In this document: positions 62,201 to 64,000 of the stretch, piece after piece | How the letters are laid out: the number at the start of each line of letters is the position of its first letter | Numbering within the stretch: the first letter of the stretch is position 1 | Source: Pelomyxa schiedti | Lineage: Eukaryota; Protista; Evosea | DNA: 64,000 bases | Assembly (NCBI GenBank): GCA_020536535.1 | Contig: JAHLWZ010000791.1 | Span: 186,001 to 250,000, forward strand | Reading direction: 5' to 3' | Notes under the pieces: model-generated | Database searches by the model: none | What the model was told of the DNA's origin: nothing | The model's input: only the letters and a program-made list of their open reading frames with translations | Program-made: the position numbers and the translations under genes

Positions 62201-63553
62201 CTATAATGGCCTTTGTATTGTTGATTCTAACAGCTGCTTTGGTTTTGTTCTTCATCAAGCATTTCAAGAGACCAGCTTTGTGATGGGGAAGTCCCCCAAC
62301 CATCACAATCTGGATGTGTAGTTGCATTTTAATTGGTATCTCTCCAAAAAGAAGGAAGGATTTGATTGCCTCCCATGGCTGGCTCCTCAAACGTGGGGGA
62401 AGGCTTTTTAATGGATTGTTGTTAAGTTCCACCCAGGGGATCCTGGTATTAAGGAGCCACTCTGGAATTTTGTCAATTTTGTTGTCTGATAAATCCAGTC
62501 TCTCACATGAGATTCCCTCGAGCTGTGGTGGTACACAGTCCAACATTTGTTTCTCCAGGCCAATTGAACATGCGTGAATATTATTACATGAAAAGCAAAG
62601 CTCTCTCACAGCAGGCCAATTCCCAACTTTCAGCCAGGATCTTATTGCTACATTATGCACAGAAGAGCCCTGCTTTTCTGAAAGGAGAAGTAACATTGAA
62701 CGAACAGTTAGCGGGTCCATCCATGCAATATCCATTGATACTTCCCGTGGGAGTTTTGGTGTTGTCTGTACAGTGGATAGTTCCAGTCTATTTAGACCTT
62801 GATATTTATTGAGGAGAAATAAGAGCTGTTTTCTATTGGTACCTTGGAAAGGATGTTGTTGCCCTGCAGTCACTTGAATCACGGATAAAATTAATTCTTT
62901 CAATGAACTTTCTGTCACGCCATTGTAGGTGAGTAGCCTGATAGCTTTTACCTGGCATCATTATCAACGTAACATTAAAAAAATTTAAAACAGAACGATC
63001 CGCATACAGCAAATGCAACATAAAGTGCGTCCATGAAGGACTTGCCATCTCCCTCTGTGCAACCAGACTGTTTTCTGAAGTCCGCAACGATCAAAGGAGC
63101 ACCACCGCCCAACCTCTGCGCCGTGTCTTCCAGGGACTCGACATGATGGATAGTGGAATTGTTCATCACTGCGAGAACCACAGCGCCCTCAGCATTGGCA
63201 CACCCAGGCCCCAGCATGCCACTGCCGTCCCTGTGGAACACAACACAGCTGACACCACGTCGCCCTTTCCCTGCTGGTGCTGCTGCTTCCGCGGCCGCCA
63301 CCATTTGCCGCTTCGCCGCGGATGACGTCATCGACCGCGCGTCATCGGAAAGCAACTGCCGCAAGTCATCCGCGGCCACGGTCACGGCCACGGGGTCGAA
63401 TTTCGAGGGCCGGACCTCCTCGGCGGGCCGTGTCCGATTCCCAAGCGCGGCAAGCAGCTGGCCAGCCTCCTCGTGCGAGTAACCGAAATACTCGATCACG
63501 TAGCAGTTGACCGTCTTGCTGTTGTTGCTGCTGTAGTCGCCGTGTAGCAGCAT
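59205..63553 (-). CDS. Roco-like protein copy B (tandem paralog, same architecture)
   Basis: Same exon structure and motifs as 54538-59016, offset by ~4.6 kb. Roc G1 reads QIVMVGGLPHHKAGLLKCL. Confidence 0.8.
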
Positions 63554-64000
63554 TTTCGGGAACTGACACCAGATTCGGAAAGATGCAGTAACAATCCTAC
63601 CGTTTCCGCCATTGCGTTGTGCTCTGTCCTACGGATCGGCACATTGTGGGACCCTTTCAATTCGTGCTCCTTGAATAGAGGCAATAAATTCCTGCTTTTT
63701 GATCAGGTAAGGTGTGCAGTGAGGTACCATGGGTTATGTTCCCACACTTGACTTTCTCTGGTTTTTTACCAACCCCTCATAGACCAACAACGATGCCTAC
63801 TTGCAACCGAGACCCTGAGGCTCACTGCCGACGGGGACTGGGCCCACGCCTTCTCAAATTGCATGGCTCTACTATGTCCCATTATTGATGCTGCGGCTGC
63901 TGCGCCATCTGGTGCTGCTTCGGTGAACAGCACCAGACAAAATGCCAACAACGGACAAGTCCTGACGAGGCTGTTCTGCGGGGTCCCGGGACGAAAACCC

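Noticed and set aside
63700-64000. Possible 3' end of a minus-strand gene at the window edge
   Set aside because: All three frames are plausible and no motif is recognised; truncated by the window.
1-64000. Alternative genetic code suggested by internal stops
   Set aside because: TAA, TAG and TGA all serve as terminators of conserved genes, and internal stops are confined to one gene.
1-64000. tRNA/rRNA genes and transposons
   Set aside because: No cloverleaf or T-loop motif in context, rRNA signature, transposase/RT ORF or terminal repeats were seen by eye.

Overview
Gene-dense eukaryotic genomic DNA with many short (~40-90 nt) spliceosomal introns. The lineage-specific protein families resemble those I recall from the anaerobic archamoeba Pelomyxa (inference, not verified). 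About 18 genes were reconstructed by manual splicing. Conserved genes: SWI5/SAE3, a 14-kb plant-type sacsin with a C-terminal RING, a BC-box LRR protein, GH13 alpha-amylase, Miro GTPase, TBCB, INTS2 and a RING-TRAF-SPRY ligase. Three genes are built on bacterial-type modules: an orphan DUF3160-like domain carrying two inserted zinc-binding modules, an M6 metalloprotease-PPC-EGF surface protein, and a double beta-propeller type I membrane protein with a PPxY tail. Lineage-specific genes include a tandem duplicate with a hypervariable exon, a gene with three in-frame stops but no frameshift, and two tandem Roco-like genes whose Rac-like, Roc and kinase domains have all lost catalytic motifs. No tRNA, rRNA, CRISPR array or transposase was recognised. 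All family assignments come from motif recognition by eye, with no database searches; exon boundaries are hand-inferred.
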